Position numbers and translations under genes: made by a program. A stretch of 26,427 bases of DNA, from positions 1 through 26,427 of the IMG/VR virus record IMGVR_UViG_3300038313_000459, one strand, 5' to 3'. Below are positions 24,814-26,427 of this stretch, piece after piece. Source of the DNA: a virus (taxonomy: Duplodnaviria; Caudoviricetes). The number at the start of each line of letters is the position of its first letter. Within the stretch, counting starts at the first letter, position 1. Under the pieces are notes generated by a model. It saw only the letters and a program-made list of their open reading frames with translations, searched no databases and was not told the origin of the DNA.

Positions 24814-24863
24814 AACAAAAGAGCAGCCTGCACCAGATGGACGGTGTAAGCTGCTCTTTTGTT
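24814..24863. terminator. Bidirectional intrinsic terminator
   Basis: AACAAAAGAGCAGC...GCTGCTCTTTTGTT between convergent ORFs. Confidence 0.85.
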
Positions 24864-24864
24864 A

Positions 24865-25272
24865 TTAAGATTTTAAATTTGCTTTATCAATAGCATGTTG
24901 CTGTGCATGAACAAGATTATCGATGCCTTTTACTATCAAACTGATTAATTCTGTAATGCCTAAAACTAAAAGCATATTACCAGCAATTTTAAGACCTTTT
25001 ACACCTAGTTCTAACGCCTTTGTTTTAATAGTAAGTCCAAGAGTGGCCCCTTGTGCTGAAATAAGATATTTAATATAACCAATGAGCGAAGCTTTAGCAC
25101 CGTTAAGAGAAGCTAGGTATGATCCCATAGCGGCATTACTAGCATAAATACCTTTAGTATAAGCCATTTGTAACTCTTTGCCTTTTTCAATGGTACTGTT
25201 ATAAACATCAACATAATGCGAAGCGCTTTTAATATTATCAATATTAAAATTTTGAAAAGGAGTTAATATCAA
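24865..25272 (-). pseudogene. Possible fragment of a second, unrelated tape measure protein
   Basis: Ala/Gly/Leu-rich amphipathic stretch YLASLNGAKASLIGY...ALELGVKGLKIAGNMLLVLGITELISLIVKGIDNLVHAQQ; no clear RBS. Confidence 0.4.
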
Positions 25273-25367
25273 TTAGTTGCTTTGTATTAAATTAAATTTT
25301 AGGGAATCTAATTTAATATTGATTTTTTAATAAAAATAGTGTATTCTATATTAAAGAAGGTGTTACT

Positions 25368-25709
25368 ATGCAGATGTGTAATAAATGTGGAGATTTATTT
25401 GAAAATAACTTAACTAAATGTCCACATTGTGGATCACTAGATATTAAGTATCTTTGTGAAGAAGATGGAAGTATTGTTCCAGAAATGAAAGTTGCTTCTG
25501 ATGAAAAGGAAAAATTAAAAGAGCAAGCTAAAAAAGAAGCAGAACTAGAAAAATTAAAGTATCAAGTTCATTGTCCTGCTTGCGGCTCTCCTAATGTTGA
25601 GAAGATTTCAGCCGCAAGTAAAATAGGACATGGGTTAGCTTTTGGATTATTCTCTTTGGGAACAATTAGTAAAACATATCATTGTAAAAACTGCGGAGTA
25701 AAGTTTTAA
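25368..25709 (+). CDS. Zinc-ribbon protein
   Basis: Four CxxC pairs (CNKC, CPHC, CPAC, CKNC) with a Gly-rich hydrophobic segment. Upstream TTGATT-17-TATTCT and RBS AAGG. Confidence 0.82.
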   Translation: MQMCNKCGDLFENNLTKCPHCGSLDIKYLCEEDGSIVPEMKVASDEKEKLKEQAKKEAELEKLKYQVHCPACGSPNVEKISAASKIGHGLAFGLFSLGTISKTYHCKNCGVKF

Positions 25710-25770
25710 GAAAAAGATGATTAATCCTTCCATTTGGTAATTGATAGAGATATTTTTATGTAAATTGGTT

Positions 25771-26427
25771 TTATTGTCCTGATCTTATACAACGTTCAAA
25801 AATTAAAATTGTAGAATCTATTGTCGCGTTTATACCACCAGCTATTCCACCTAACCCAATAACTGAAGTCGTTTTCCCTATTTCATTTGTAAATGTAAAA
25901 GCCAATCTCCAACCATTTATTGAATGTTCTGTAATTTCTAATTTCATATTATTTAAATCTACTTCACCTGTCGGTAGATCATTTATTACAGATATATCAT
26001 ATTCATAACAAGGATTCTTAGGAATTTGTTCATTTTTTGTATTATATATTTTATTAAATTTATCTTCGATATCAGAATTATTTAGTTTAGGTAAAAATAA
26101 ATCAACTTTATTTTTATAAGTTTCATTATCACAAAAATTAGAGATCATTTTAGAGTGAATATTTTTATTAATTAAGCTATCATTGGATTCAATATAATTT
26201 TTTAAATAATCTTTTGCTGTTTCATCTGTAATCTTATTTAAATATTCTACTAGTATTGATCTTGCTTTTGTATACCTTTCTTGATCCATAGATTTTGCAT
26301 AAATATTTAAATCGTTTCTTCGATTGTTACATTCATTACATACATCATAATTTTTTAGATGCTTTTCTAAAGGGTAAGTTACATCTGAAATTCTACTTAA
26401 TTTTTTACCGCATATTGCGCAATTCAT
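25771..26427 (-). CDS. Zn-finger N-terminus plus DUF4177-like C-terminal domain protein
   Basis: CAIC...CNEC at the N-terminus; YEY...NGWRL....NEIG...ILIFER at the C-terminus. Begins at the window edge. Confidence 0.65.
   Translation of the reverse strand: MNCAICGKKLSRISDVTYPLEKHLKNYDVCNECNNRRNDLNIYAKSMDQERYTKARSILVEYLNKITDETAKDYLKNYIESNDSLINKNIHSKMISNFCDNETYKNKVDLFLPKLNNSDIEDKFNKIYNTKNEQIPKNPCYEYDISVINDLPTGEVDLNNMKLEITEHSINGWRLAFTFTNEIGKTTSVIGLGGIAGGINATIDSTILIFERCIRSGQ

Larger units (their letters stand above)
1586..26427. mobile_element. Integrated prophage-like or satellite-like element, continuing beyond the window
   Basis: AT-rich block with terminase, portal, capsid, tail, primase, RNAP and HTH genes, starting at the spo0A breakpoint. 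The right boundary and integrase are not in the window. Confidence 0.9.

Noticed and set aside
1586-26427. Spo0A boxes (TGNCGAA) regulating the element
   Set aside because: The matches I noticed (e.g. 9851-9857) are isolated and inside coding regions. This was not an exhaustive scan.
1-26427. CRISPR array, rRNA, IS transposase or reverse transcriptase
   Set aside because: No regularly spaced repeat-spacer units and no matching motifs seen

Overview
Positions 1-1585 look like GC-richer host chromosome of a spore-forming clostridial Firmicute (inferred). They hold an ADP-ribosylglycohydrolase gene, a small degraded coiled-coil gene and, on the minus strand, an orphan 41-codon 3' end of spo0A that the ORF track missed. 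At about 1585/1586 the spo0A match stops abruptly and an AT-rich phage-like element begins, running past the right edge of the window; no integrase is visible here. The element encodes Cro/CI-like HTH regulators, an AEP/RepB-type primase-replication protein next to an iteron-like origin, a ~1140-aa YonO-like (DxDGD) single-subunit RNA polymerase, a structured non-coding region, HNH nucleases, a complete HK97-type head and packaging module, neck genes, two paralogous major tail proteins, a -1 frameshifted tail chaperone and a tape measure protein. The structural operon ends right after the tape measure gene, with no distal tail, tail tip, receptor-binding, holin or endolysin genes. The best candidate for a new system is a compact, RNAP-encoding, tail-tip-less and lysis-less phage or satellite inserted inside the sporulation master regulator spo0A. 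All family assignments come from motif recognition by eye, not from database searches.
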